A stretch of DNA of 63,744 nucleotides, counting the filler, from Octopus bimaculoides (lineage: Eukaryota): assembly GCF_001194135.2 (NCBI RefSeq). It is 7 parts of 7 records of this genome, joined end to end, with 100 filler letters (N's around TTAATTAATTAA, not from the genome) between each part and the next. Parts side by side here need not be neighbours in the genome. Positions count along the whole stretch, not along the records: positions 1 to 28,888 come from NC_068983.1; 6 more parts are not named here. One strand, written 5' to 3'. Both the position numbers and the translations under genes were made by a program. A model generated the notes under the pieces. The model saw nothing but the letters and a program-made list of their open reading frames with translations, was not told the origin of the DNA and made no database searches. Numbering within the stretch: position 1 is the first letter of the stretch; every line of letters begins with the position of its first letter. Shown here in pieces: positions 12,887-23,900 of the stretch.

Positions 12887-15616
12887 ACACTTTAAGTACA
12901 GATATCCTGAACCACTCTACATACTACAAATAGAAAGAAAGTCATATCATGTCTAACCCCTTTGCATGGGAGAGCCACTTTGGATAATTCTTCCCTGTAT
13001 ATGTTGAGAGCTGAGCTAGGTCAAACAAGAATTCATATAGGGCGTGTTAAGTTAAGTTATTAAGACACATATCTGTAATCATAAAGAGTGATTTATTTAT
13101 AAGTGTTGTTATCTCTGAGACACATAAAGGAGAATCGAAGGTAGTTAAAGACCACCTCTGGGTACACCCTACACTTGATTCGCTTTATGTTCGAAAGGAA
13201 CGTGATAAAATTCATTTTATGGTTGAAGTTGTTGCTGTAAATGTATCAATTATTAATTAAATATTTTATAAGGGAACATGTTTAGTTTCATAAGGAGTAA
13301 AAAAAAATCGGGGTATCGAAAACAAAACCGTCTGTAGATGACTATATTTTTGCTGCATCAATTATTTTTCCACTACCATAACGACAAAGCTTTGTTACAA
13401 ACTAATTTGGAATGTTTTATCAATATTGCAAACGTGACTTCTGCAGTTAATCACAGCAGTAATAGTGTGGATCCTTTATAAATATATTTACGACTATCTG
13501 TGTGATTCGGAACTAATGTAACGATGATCGGTGTTAATTCCTTTCTTCATGGGCGATAAATAATATTCAGTAACGCACTAAATGTGAATATAAATGTCTA
13601 TAAGTTTTTCCTAAGAATTTCCCCTCAAAGTATGAAATAATTTAAATTACAAGTATTTAATAAATCAATAAACATCAATATTATTTCCGAGTATTGCATA
13701 ACCCAATGATCCCCGTGTATTTGAAGCCTTATAAAATCACATGGTTGATTTAGTCATAGGTCACCTAATGTGGTTTCTCACTCAATGATTGTCTTACGTT
13801 AGTATCTTTTATTCTCAGCGTATATAGCATTCAGGTCAATTTTAATTATTTCTCCCAACCCAAATTCAATGAAATAATTACCAGTAATATACCGGAATTG
13901 ATTCTATTAGATATAATGCTTAATTAAATTGGTTTCTTGAAGCTACTAGAAATAAATCGATCTTAAATAAATAGTCAATAAGAAATGTGGAACAAATGTT
14001 GTTTCAATTAGCTGGCATAACACTTCATAATAATGCTGTTTTTCCTTCAGACTGGTTCAGAAATTTGCCACAAACTGAATGTCTTACAAAAGTTTTCTAA
14101 TTTAGAATTTAAGTTATTCATTTCTAACTCGGCTTTTAGACAGCAAAATTACGAGGAGTGGTTATATCTGTTGTAGCTGATCATTAGCAAACGGCGATTG
14201 CCTTTATAGCTATGTAAACATCGCTCTCCAGCGTACACTTCACAGTTGTATAAACCATGAATTCTAGTTGCAAGATTGTTACAAGTGTAGCTAGATTTAA
14301 CAAGTTGCTTGCGATTTCTATCTTGATAAGTCATATCTGCTTAATGCTGGTGATGACAGGCGATCGCAAATTTTCCAGATGAGCTCACTCTGTCTATTAT
14401 TAAAACTCCTATGACAAATATTATATTAAATAACTAATCGTACATATCTAGTACAGTTCTGTAAAATTTGAGGACGATTTGCCTGATATATCTAAGAAGT
14501 CAAACGAATACGTAGTGCCTCACTCGTTAACAGTATATTTCAACTATGGATATAGAAAATATGCAGGCTTAATGCGTTCGTAAGAAGTTTGTCAATGACT
14601 CGTTGTTCATTGCCTTAAGGTTTATGTTTTCGAGAAAAAAAGTGTGTGGGTCATTAAAATGAAATGAATCTCATTTAATTTTATACGATAAATAGGACTG
14701 ACGGCGGCAATGAAAAATAGTTTATATCTGGAGAGTCATAAAACTTAGGCATGTTCGACAAGCCACCAGAATTGTACAGAATCCTCATAAGGTCGCCAAA
14801 GGCACAATAATTCTACGTAAAAACTGGCTAGATTAATTCTACATTATTTTCATAGTAACTTCTGAACCCGATATCAAATTAAGTTAAGGAGATTAATGAT
14901 CAAAGAATTTCTTGCCCAAGCTATGAAATTTAAGACGTATTCTAATTCAGAAATAATTTAACAAATAAGATGATAGTTATATGATTTGACGGAGATGTGG
15001 CTGTTATTTCTTGTTGATAGAACCAGCACCAACAGTCTGCTTTCTGGAAGTTGATCAAATATATGTAGTACGAAGTATCCGTCCAAACCACATGCGAATA
15101 TAAGTACTTACGTCGATTCGTTTGACTAAAACACTTCAAGGTTGCCACATCTTGAAAAGATATTTCGAAAATTATATTACGTTTAGAAAATTATATTATA
15201 GGATGACTGATTTTCTTTACCACAAGCACACATACAAACCCATTTATATTGTATTGCTGTTTCTAACATAATTTTACTTACGTCAAACAGAGATGTACTA
15301 CGGTACAAGTTTTGAGAGATGCAGCTTCCAATGAATTGTTGTAGATTTTAGTGCAGCCTGTTTTAATTAATTTCATTCTATCAAATATTTAACCTAGTCA
15401 GTTATAATGTCAGCCACAATCAAATTATAAAATGTTGAATTAAATATATTAGGTAATATTCAACAGTCAATAGCGCACCAGATATTGTTCAGTTAATTTA
15501 GTATGCGAAGCCATTTGAAAATTAAAATTACAATCTATCTACTTGTATAGTCAGATAGATTGTAATTGTAATTGTGTATTTCTATATTTATGCATACCAC
15601 GGCTTGGACTTCTATT

Positions 15617-15656
<40 letters not shown>

Positions 15657-15719
15657 NNNNNNNNNNNNNNNNNNNNNNNNNNNNNNNNNNNNNNNNNNNN
15701 NNNNNNNNNNNTATATATA

Positions 15720-16330
15720 TATCGGTTTCTCGGTTCTCTCATGCCAGGTGTCTCGGTAGCGGGAACCGACATCGAGACACTGGTTCAACATAAACGCCTA
15801 CTTTATTATTCGACATCTGATCAGTTCTGCTCTACCTACTGCTCGTATTGTTGATGCCAGCTCAAATCTAACTGTCTGTTCCCGCCGCAATCGCATCCAC
15901 TGCATCCCCTTTCCTCTTGCCTAAAATCCTTGCATTCTGCTTCTATAACACACCATTCTCGGTTCCATGTGCCATCTCGGATCTAACCTTGCCTTCTCCA
16001 ACACGTTCACATTTTCTCTCCATTATTCCCTTCAAGTCTGCTCGCAACCTCCACGGTCCCCTTTCCCAATTCTCCTCCTTCCTGACGTGCAACCTCGATA
16101 TTAGTTCTTGCTTTGATCGTGTTCATTTCCAAAATGACCAAGCATTCCAGACACAGACACTGCACCTTAAACGTTAAGAACACTTTCCGTGAACCTCAGG
16201 TAATATGCTCTCTTTCAATCTTATCTATATCGGAAAATCGTTCGCTAAATCGTTCCGAAAAAATGAAACAGTCATCGAGGTACCGCTTCCACTTCTTCAC
16301 GATTCCTTCCTTGAAGTTGTCGTCAAGGAT
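15720..16330 (+). mobile_element. Decayed Penelope-like fragment (RT C-terminus to GIY-YIG)
   Basis: RFLGSLMPGVSVAGTDIETLVQHK resembles FLDxxVSIxGxxLxTxVxYK; VKNTF...LIYIGKS resembles the GIY-YIG YIG motif. Confidence 0.4.
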
Positions 16331-16369
16331 ATTTTCCTAATTCCTCGTAAAGTTTACCTTCTAGGTAAC

Positions 16370-16740
16370 TCAAGACTATGTTGGCATACGAAAGTGCGAA
16401 TTTCGTACCCATAACTGTGCCCGATATTGTCGGTATATCTTATTAACAAATTTTTGATGACAACTTCAAGGAAGACATCGTGAAGAATTGGAAGTTCTAC
16501 CTCGATGGCTGTTTCATTTTGGGGGATAGATCAAAAGACGTCCTACGAATATTACACAAATTCTCAACACACTGTACCCATCTATCAAATTTCTCAGCAA
16601 AAACAAATTACACTGAACTACCATACCTAGACATTCACATCCAAATACACAACTAAACTGTTACACTAGACATATTTTACATACAAACCAACACGCAAGA
16701 ATTTTTATTCTTGTCGCCTCTGACACATCAAAAAAAACAT
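16370..16740 (+). mobile_element. Penelope-like RT fragment related to the 34.6-37.9 kb element
   Basis: KNWKFYLDGCFIL (YxDDCFI), ILNTLYPSIKF, LPYLDIHI and YKPT-like motifs. Confidence 0.62.
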
Positions 16741-16741
16741 G

Positions 16742-17320
16742 CCATACAGTATGGTCTATTGGTTCCTCAAATGTGCCTCCGGATATACCTTTAGGTTCAG
16801 AACCGTCCTGAAGAATGTTAGCTTGGTAGTTTTTGGTAAGCAAACTTTGATCTTGTGCCACTAGTAAGAAACCTACAGTCTCTACTTTCAGTCCTGAACT
16901 TCCCAGCCACCGACGGATTGTTACTTGATCTACATCAGCATTTCGACTTTGAAGTATATACTGTGCATGCAAAGGCGTCTGGCTCCAAGCTTCTTAATTT
17001 GTTTCTGTCCGTTCTTTTTGCAGTCTGCTCGATCCATTTTGCTTGTTTTGTAGCAGTTGTTTCAGGTTCTTCAAATATTTCATGATTAATGCCAATTTCC
17101 CTTGCACATTTGCAAGCTTCTTTAGCAATAGTATGTGGTGTTTTGCTGCTTTTGTATTTGGACACATGTCGCAGTGCCCTGGACTCTCTACTAGTTAAGC
17201 ACCTATTCATTACTATTGTGGAGGTCTTATAGCACAACTCTACTTGCATTTTTGTTTTTCCTCTATTAATTTTAGGTAGGTACAGATGATCAACATCTAC
17301 TTTCAGGTGGTGCATGTGTC
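16742..17320 (-). mobile_element. Dong/R4-clade LINE fragment (thumb to zinc knuckle)
   Basis: VDVDHLYLPK, WLGSSGLKVETVGFLLVAQDQSLLTKNYQANIL, PIDH. Confidence 0.85.
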
Positions 17321-17324
17321 TTAG

Positions 17325-17548
17325 AAGCTAGTAGATTTTTTGTCTTCCTGTAAAGGTGTTGGACGTCTGCAAGATTCCACTTAATGATGTTATAACTACT
17401 GGGATACATTTTACCCGCAATTTCCGAAGTTTCTGTAATTCAATCACTAGGTCCTAGTACTTTGTTATTCTTTCTATGCATCCCTTATTAATGTTTTCCT
17501 TATTTGGGACTGTAAAGTCAATTATCTGGAACTTTCTTTTCTCTTTAT

Positions 17549-17611
<63 letters not shown>

Positions 17612-17900
17612 AATCAGACCTAGTAGCACCTATTATTCTGTCAGTCTGAATTTTGAGGTCCCACAACATTTTACAGTTCTTATTTTTTAGTACTTTACTA
17701 AGTTCATGTTGATATCAGTTATCAATATGCTCAAATGCTAGCTTTCTACATAATTCCCAGTAGATTACGCTCCATAGGTTGTCATATCTTTTCATGTATT
17801 CTTTCTGTGCTAACATGCATCATTCACTTACTATGTGAGTAACGCTTTCCTCCTTTGATTTGTCTAATCTACATTGGGGACTTACTTCAGTATTGTCTAT
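17325..17900 (-). mobile_element. Dong/R4-clade LINE fragment (zinc knuckle and REL endonuclease)
   Basis: KCRL..ESVTHIVSE..LAQKEY..RYDN..VIYWELC, MLWDLKIQTDRII..TRSDL(V)nDKEK..QIIDFTVP, KCIPVVI. Confidence 0.88.
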
Positions 17901-18006
17901 TTTGACTTTTATCCAATTAGTCATTAATGCTTGATCTTGTGCAGCTATTAACAAACTTTCTGTCTCCCTCTTCAGCTTTCATTTCTGCAAACATATTATT
18001 ATTATT

Positions 18007-18037
<31 letters not shown>

Positions 18038-18639
18038 CTGCTAGCTGTTGTTGTTGTTGTTGATGTTGTGTTACTTCTCAGAAAGTTCAGTCTTGTTTGT
18101 TCTCGTCGATTCTGTCTCACATGTTCCCTTTCCGCACATTATAACTTTTGATAATTAGTTGTTAATTTTCGTGGTAGACATTCAGCATCCATGTACCATT
18201 CTCAAAATCACGCAATCTGAGTGAGTGTAGCAAGCTGGCCCAAAATCGCTATAACTATAAGGAGGCACAATATATGATAGCTTTATCACAACGCTAGCTT
18301 AGTAGAAGTTATCACTTCAAACTGCAAAGAAAAAAATCACAAACATCTTGTATTTTGACTATTGCAAGGGCAAAGAAATGATCCACATATCAGAATTTAA
18401 TTAATATGTGTTTATACGTCATATGAAATTGAATTCCATATTTCATATACATGGTAAGTCTTGAACATACAACCCAACATGATGCACCAAGTCTGTTTAC
18501 TCTTCATATTTTCACACAAGCTATACCACTGGGAAAGAGTGCATCAATTATTTTCAAGACAACAAAGATTTTCTGGTAGTAAAAGCCAGGTTCTAGATAT
18601 GCCATGGGTACCCAGCATACCATGAAGCTAACCATCACG

Positions 18640-19480
18640 GTCATCCTCAGAATCTGTCACTTCTAATGTTGGCTCTCTGTCGCTAAATAGAGGAGCGTCG
18701 TTGTCGCATCTTCGTAGCTTGCATATGTTTGTGCACCTCAAGCCATTCCTGAGACATCTGCATGCTGGTAGGTTGCAGAAACGCACTCATTTGCACGACA
18801 AAAGCTGAAGAGCAGCATCCAGTGTAGGTGATCAACGCATCCAAACAATGGCGAGATCACTCTTCACAGTCGATGGGGTTTGGCAGAAAGGGTTCTGACT
18901 GTAGACATCTTCTCCAGATGACTGCTTGGTAGTTTGCACGAAGATCATGCATAAACAGACAGTCCTCACTGGGAGATAGTTGACTCGATTCAATTTCTCC
19001 ACGTCTAGCGCAAAAGAGCTGGTATCGAAATTTTTTTTTTTTTTTTTCAGTTATTGAAACAGAAGTCACGTATATTTTGCAGATTATCATCTGTAGATTT
19101 TGAAACAATTCAGGAGATAATCCTCAAACCTCTCCAGTTCACTGAAAGCTTCTTGGACTTCATCTATCTGAAAGATGTATCACAGCCTGTGAAAGCATAT
19201 ATCATAGCCTGTGAAAAATGTCATCTCCCAGTGCACGTATCATTTTGGTAAAGTCAAGGAAGCGTTTTCTGTTCTTTGTACCACACTTCTTGTACAGGGA
19301 GCACGGGATTTTGCCCCAGAACCCCAGACAAATAGTCAAAACATCAGTATCCTAAGCTTTGTTTTGCCACAGTTAACAGCAAACAACAGGTCACTTCCAA
19401 ATGAAATAGCAAGACGCTTCACTATTTCTAAGGGATTTCTACACTCGTTTACTCCAATCAACAAGGAATAGAGAAATTTC
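18640..19480 (-). mobile_element. Academ-type (AcademX-like) DNA transposon fragment: XPG/FEN1-like nuclease plus Cys-rich C-terminus
   Basis: DTDVLTICLGF..IPCSLYKKCGTKNRKRFLD..LGDD, YAFTGCDT, RYQLFCARRGEIESSQLSPSEDCL.MHDLRANYQAVIWRRCL, then a frameshifted Cys cluster (SCKC..FCNLPACRCLRNGLRCTNICKLRRCDN). Confidence 0.65.
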
Positions 19481-19498
19481 GTAACAGTGTCGGGAATG

Positions 19499-19700
19499 CA
19501 GTTCTATATTTAAGACATTAGGAATTACGTACGTTAATTACATTCATTACATTTGACGGATATTTGTCCTCATCTTGTTTGTTCATAACACAACGTTTCG
19601 GCTGATATACCTTCAAGCTTTCATAGGGTGTCTTGGGGTAATTTCGAACCTGGGTTCTCATTCGTCTGGTATTTTTCGATGTTGCGCTTGTTGTTATTAT
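19499..19700 (-). mobile_element. F1 copy C, body and tail (head displaced to 20384-20452)
   Basis: Colinear with copy E; ribozyme core mutated to CCTATGA. Confidence 0.88.
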
Positions 19701-19759
19701 TATTGTTTTTTTTCTTGTTTTTGTGCTGGTCGTTGTTGTTTTTGTTATTATTATAATTT

Positions 19760-20165
19760 TATGTTTGACTTTTGTTTTGCATTTGTACAAGTTGGATCCA
19801 AGTCTCACCCAGAGACCTCAAGAGACAACAAGTTAGAAGTTCATGTAGGTGTTATGCCTAGGGTACCATATGTTTGGATCTGTACAGTTTTGTTCGAGTG
19901 AATGTTTAAGAAACCATAAGAAAATTATGTGTTTGCTTTAAAGTTTCAGATCCCATAGGCAGTATTTTACGTAGGATATGGGCAGTTCCCATGAGCACTA
20001 TCTTTTGAACTTCAGCCATTTTGGGGTTGCCTGGAANNNNNNNNNNAGTATGATGTCTGGCCTATTTGCGTCTATCTTTCTGTCAGTTTGAATGGTGAAG
20101 TTCCAGAGGAGTGCAATGTGATCATCTTGCGGATGCATAGTACAGGTGGTTGATCCGCAAGAATC
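19760..20165 (-). mobile_element. Dong/R4 LINE 3' end with 3' UTR
   Basis: DHIALLWNFTIQTDRKIDANRPDII ... PGNPKMAEVQKIVLMGTAHILRKIL, then UTR ending in AAT repeats. Confidence 0.9.
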
Positions 20166-20169
20166 TCAA

Positions 20170-20345
20170 CGATTCTATGTGGTGAAAAAATTAGAAAAAG
20201 ACAACACTCCCACAAAAAGCCTTCTTGGCAAGAACGCATTCAACACCAAATTAAGCTGCTTAGATCTGACATAGAATGTTTGAAAAACCTTAAATTTGAC
20301 AAGAGTATCAAACCTACAAAGACCCATAAACTAAAGAAACAATAT
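20170..20345 (+). mobile_element. Inverted Dong/R4 pre-RT ORF fragment
   Basis: KKPSWQERIQHQIKLLRSDIECLKNL resembles the R4 PxWxxRLxxKIxxLRxDI motif. Confidence 0.65.
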
Positions 20346-20383
20346 TATTATTATTATTATTATTATTAATGATATTAATATTC

Positions 20384-20452
20384 AGGTCACTGCCTGGAAT
20401 CAAACTCGGAATCTTAGGGTTAGTAGCCCGCGCTCTTAACCGCCACACCATG
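20384..20452 (-). mobile_element. F1 copy C, tRNA-like head
   Basis: catggtgtggcggttaagagcgcgggctactaaccctaagattccgagtttgattccaggcagtgacc. Confidence 0.88.
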
Positions 20453-20705
20453 TTCGAACGTAACAGCCCTGATATAATCTCACTGAGTGTGTGTATTGAT
20501 ATACCAATGCAGCTATAGTTATTTCTTCGGATACAGGAGAGACGAAAAATATTCGTATACAATTTCTTCGACGTCTCCACCTTCTCTGCCCTGATTGTAA
20601 ATTTCCGTTCATGTCACTTGGCTTTGTTAGACAATGTATATGTAACTAAGTTAAGAAGCTAGGATTCTGGGAAAGAAATATCCTATTCAAATGAAGCGGG
20701 AAAAA
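20453..20705 (+). repeat. Unclassified dispersed repeat; inverted homologue at 24385-24650
   Basis: Shared blocks tacaatttcttcgacgtctccac, tgtcacttggcttt, ttagacaatgtatatgtaactaagttaagaagct and atcctattcaaatgaagc. Confidence 0.85.
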
Positions 20706-20725
20706 CAACTACGCCATATGCCCGT

Positions 20726-21010
20726 GGGCATATGGCGTAGTGGTTAAGAGCGCAGTCTACTAACCCCAAGATTCCGAGTTCGATTCCAAGCGGTGACCTC
20801 AATAATAATAATAATAATAATAATAGTAATAATAATAATAATAATAACAACAACAGCAACAACAGCATCGAAAAATCGCTAAGGAATGAGAATCTAGGTT
20901 AGAACTTTCCCCAAGACACCTGATGAAGGCTGGAGATTATATCAGCCGAAATGTTGGGTTACCAACAAACAAGACGAGGACAAATATCCGTCAAATGTAA
21001 ATAATATAAA
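20726..21010 (+). mobile_element. F1 copy D, complete (tRNA head, (AAT)n, hammerhead motif, tail)
   Basis: A box TGGCGTAGTGG, B box GAGTTCGATTCC, and gacac-CTGATGA-a-GGCTG...CAGCC-GAAA at 20915-20960. Confidence 0.9.
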
Positions 21011-22642
21011 TAGTGTCGGGAATGACATTTTACACGGTGCGTGATGACCATGTTTGACTGAGATCTTCTTTCTTTATCTGCTGTCTTAACTGCATTGCTG
21101 CTTTGCAACAGAATTGTCAAACAGAATTGTCTTGAATTCTCGCAGCTCCTGATACAGTCTGTGTCTTTTGACAAGATTATCCATGAGAAGACTGTCTCGG
21201 TATACGAGAAACTTTTTTCTGTTTATTCTAATTTCTAATTTCTAGATGTGTGAACGATGTCATATGCGTTGGAGTAATCGCGCGTAGAAGTACCTCGGGA
21301 TGAGTATCGGTTAAATTTCATAAATCTGCTAAAATGAACAAAACTACCGAGCTGAAAGTACTGTCATATTTTTTCCACTCTTCCACTCATAATAAACTGT
21401 AAACATTTTAATACCACGTGGGTGTATTTACACCAGAAGGTACCGCTCGTTGAACTGGCAACTGGATTAGTTGGAGCTTATGCCGATTATCATTCCTCGG
21501 CTTGATCAATTTAGAAAAATATTTTTACACAGACATACACCTACTCACACACGCTTACGTATACACTTAGACATAGACACACAGACACACACAGTCACAC
21601 AAGTACACACGCACACACATATAATAAGTGAACTACAAAAAGAGAGGAGAGAAAGAGTGTGAAAGAGTGAGGCATATGGAGCATGGTCGAAAGAATGTAT
21701 CTTTTGTTAGGAGATTCATATGAGATGTTTCAGGAGAAATATTTAATGAAAGCGCATTTTATATCCATTCATGTATTGTGTGTATTATGCGGTTATTATG
21801 AATTTTCATTGATTGTTCGCTACCATATTTCTTACAGAGTTCCTGTATATATGGCCAATTATGTAAAGCAGACAATACAACAATGAAAGGAAATTGACAG
21901 TCACCTACGGGAAACACAATGTTACAATTGCAACCCTTTGACACGAGTCAATGTACCTGACATGACACTGCGACGTTGAAATGAAATCTTTACAGACACA
22001 TCATTTGCGATTAATGATACGAAATAATTGGAATTGCAGAACAATAATTTTATTATTTATATCAACAATTATTGCACATTTCAATCAATAACCTATATTT
22101 AGTAAAAGTCTCGATTCATTTGACTGTTAAGTCTATTGTATTTGCAAAGCGTTTACACTGGTTATAAGCACCACGAGAATAATTCTTATTTATATGGTGT
22201 CTGTTTAACCACTCGCGAATGGTACATGCATTTTACCCGATAAATATGGCTCAACTATGCAGTATAATTGTTATATCTATGATAATGTAAGAATAAGAGA
22301 GCAGACGTCTTTGTTCTGATTAATGTTATTCGTATTTTCGCTACTTATGTATGGAGAGAGCCACACTGTACATGTCTTTTGAAGATTCTCTATGTCTATT
22401 GAACTGGATGCCGTTAATCTCTCGTAAATTTCAACAACTGCAGAAATGACATGGCCTAGGAGAAAATTCCACAAATTTGATGATCAAAGTAGGAATAAAT
22501 CGTGTAAGTGATTTGAGCAGGGCATGAAGGACGATTAACATTACAAGACTAGCAAAAATTGGAAAGGAAGTGTGTCGGGTGCATGACTGGTAAAGTTATG
22601 AGATCAGCAGACTCCGCGGAGCAGATGCAATTATAGTATTAA

Positions 22643-23900
22643 TATTGGGTTGTCCACAAAGTTCGTGCCGATGTTTAAAGGAGTGAAAAAGGTCAATAAA
22701 TACTTGACATTACATTTTTAATCAACCAAATATTAACCATTTCGTTGCACAATGGGTCTCCATCTTTCCTTTAACATGAAGATAACCTCTTCCCAGAACT
22801 GTGGTGGTTTCATGGCAAAGAATTCATCAAGGTATCTTTTTACGTCATCCAAGGAATTGAAATGTTTACTATTAAGTACCTGCATAAATGGAAATCCGAA
22901 GTAGCAATATCTGGTGAATATGGAGGGTGGGGTAACACATCCTAGCATAGCTGTAGCGTTTTTTGTCTGGTTCCCAAAGAAACGTGCAGTCTCGCATTAT
23001 CATGTTAGAAACCAACACCCTTCCTTTTCGCCAAATCTAGACGTTTCTCTTGAATTGCTACTTTTAACTCGACTAGTTGTGTGCAGTATTTCACAGAATT
23101 AATTGTCTGGTTACTTGGCTGAAGCTCATAGTAGAGAATTTCTTTCTAATCCGACCAGATACAAAGCAAGACATTTTTAGCACGATGACCCGCTTTTGGT
23201 GTGGCTAAGGATGGCTCATGTCGCTAATTCCAGGATCGCTTTCTCTGAACATTTCGGTAGATAATCCATTTTTCATCACCCGTGACAATTTGCTATAAAA
23301 AAGGCACGTTTTCATTCCGTTTATAAAGCGAATCACAAATGCTTCTTCTCACTCAATTCATGTGGTACCCAAACATCGTAGCAATTTGTGTACCCAAGCT
23401 TTACTAGGTGCTCATGGACGATGGAATTTGATAGGTTGAGGCTTTCTGCCAATTCTCGGGTTGTGCAATGTGGTTTAATCTCAATTAATGACTTGATTCG
23501 GTCTCCATCTGTAGTGTATTGTCTGCCTGATCGCTCTTTATCAATAAGGCTACAATCTCCAGCTTGGAACCTTGCGAACATCTTCCGTACAGTTCTTTCG
23601 GATAAAGAAACATCACCGTAAACTGCGCATATTTCTTTGGTTGCTTGTGAGGCATTTTTCCCTTTACGGAAAAAGAAAAGCATCAAGTACCGAAAATGAA
23701 CTTTCTTATCCTCCATTTTAAAGGATTTCAAAATTAACACAGGTTATAAGGACATAAACCTTCTTCCACGAAAAGATAGCTTCAACTGTGCTCTAAATTG
23801 AGATGTAGTCAAATCCTATTTTATGGACTCAAACATGTTCTAAAATAAGTCGAAATGTAAGCTACTATAAATCGGCACGAACTTTCCGGGCAACCCAATA
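22643..23900 (-). mobile_element. Full-length mariner (WVPHEL type) with both TIRs; transposase pseudogenised
   Basis: TIRs tattgggttgtccacaaagttcgtgccgat / tattgggttgcccggaaagttcgtgccgat; MEDKKVHFRYLMLFFFRKGKNASQA...WVPHEL, VTGDEKW, HDNA, HPPYSPDIATSD. Confidence 0.95.

Noticed and set aside
20726-20798. F1, S1, S2 and S3 heads as genuine tRNA genes
   Set aside because: A and B boxes are present, but the stems are broken and each head is fused to a repeat body; these are SINE-type heads.
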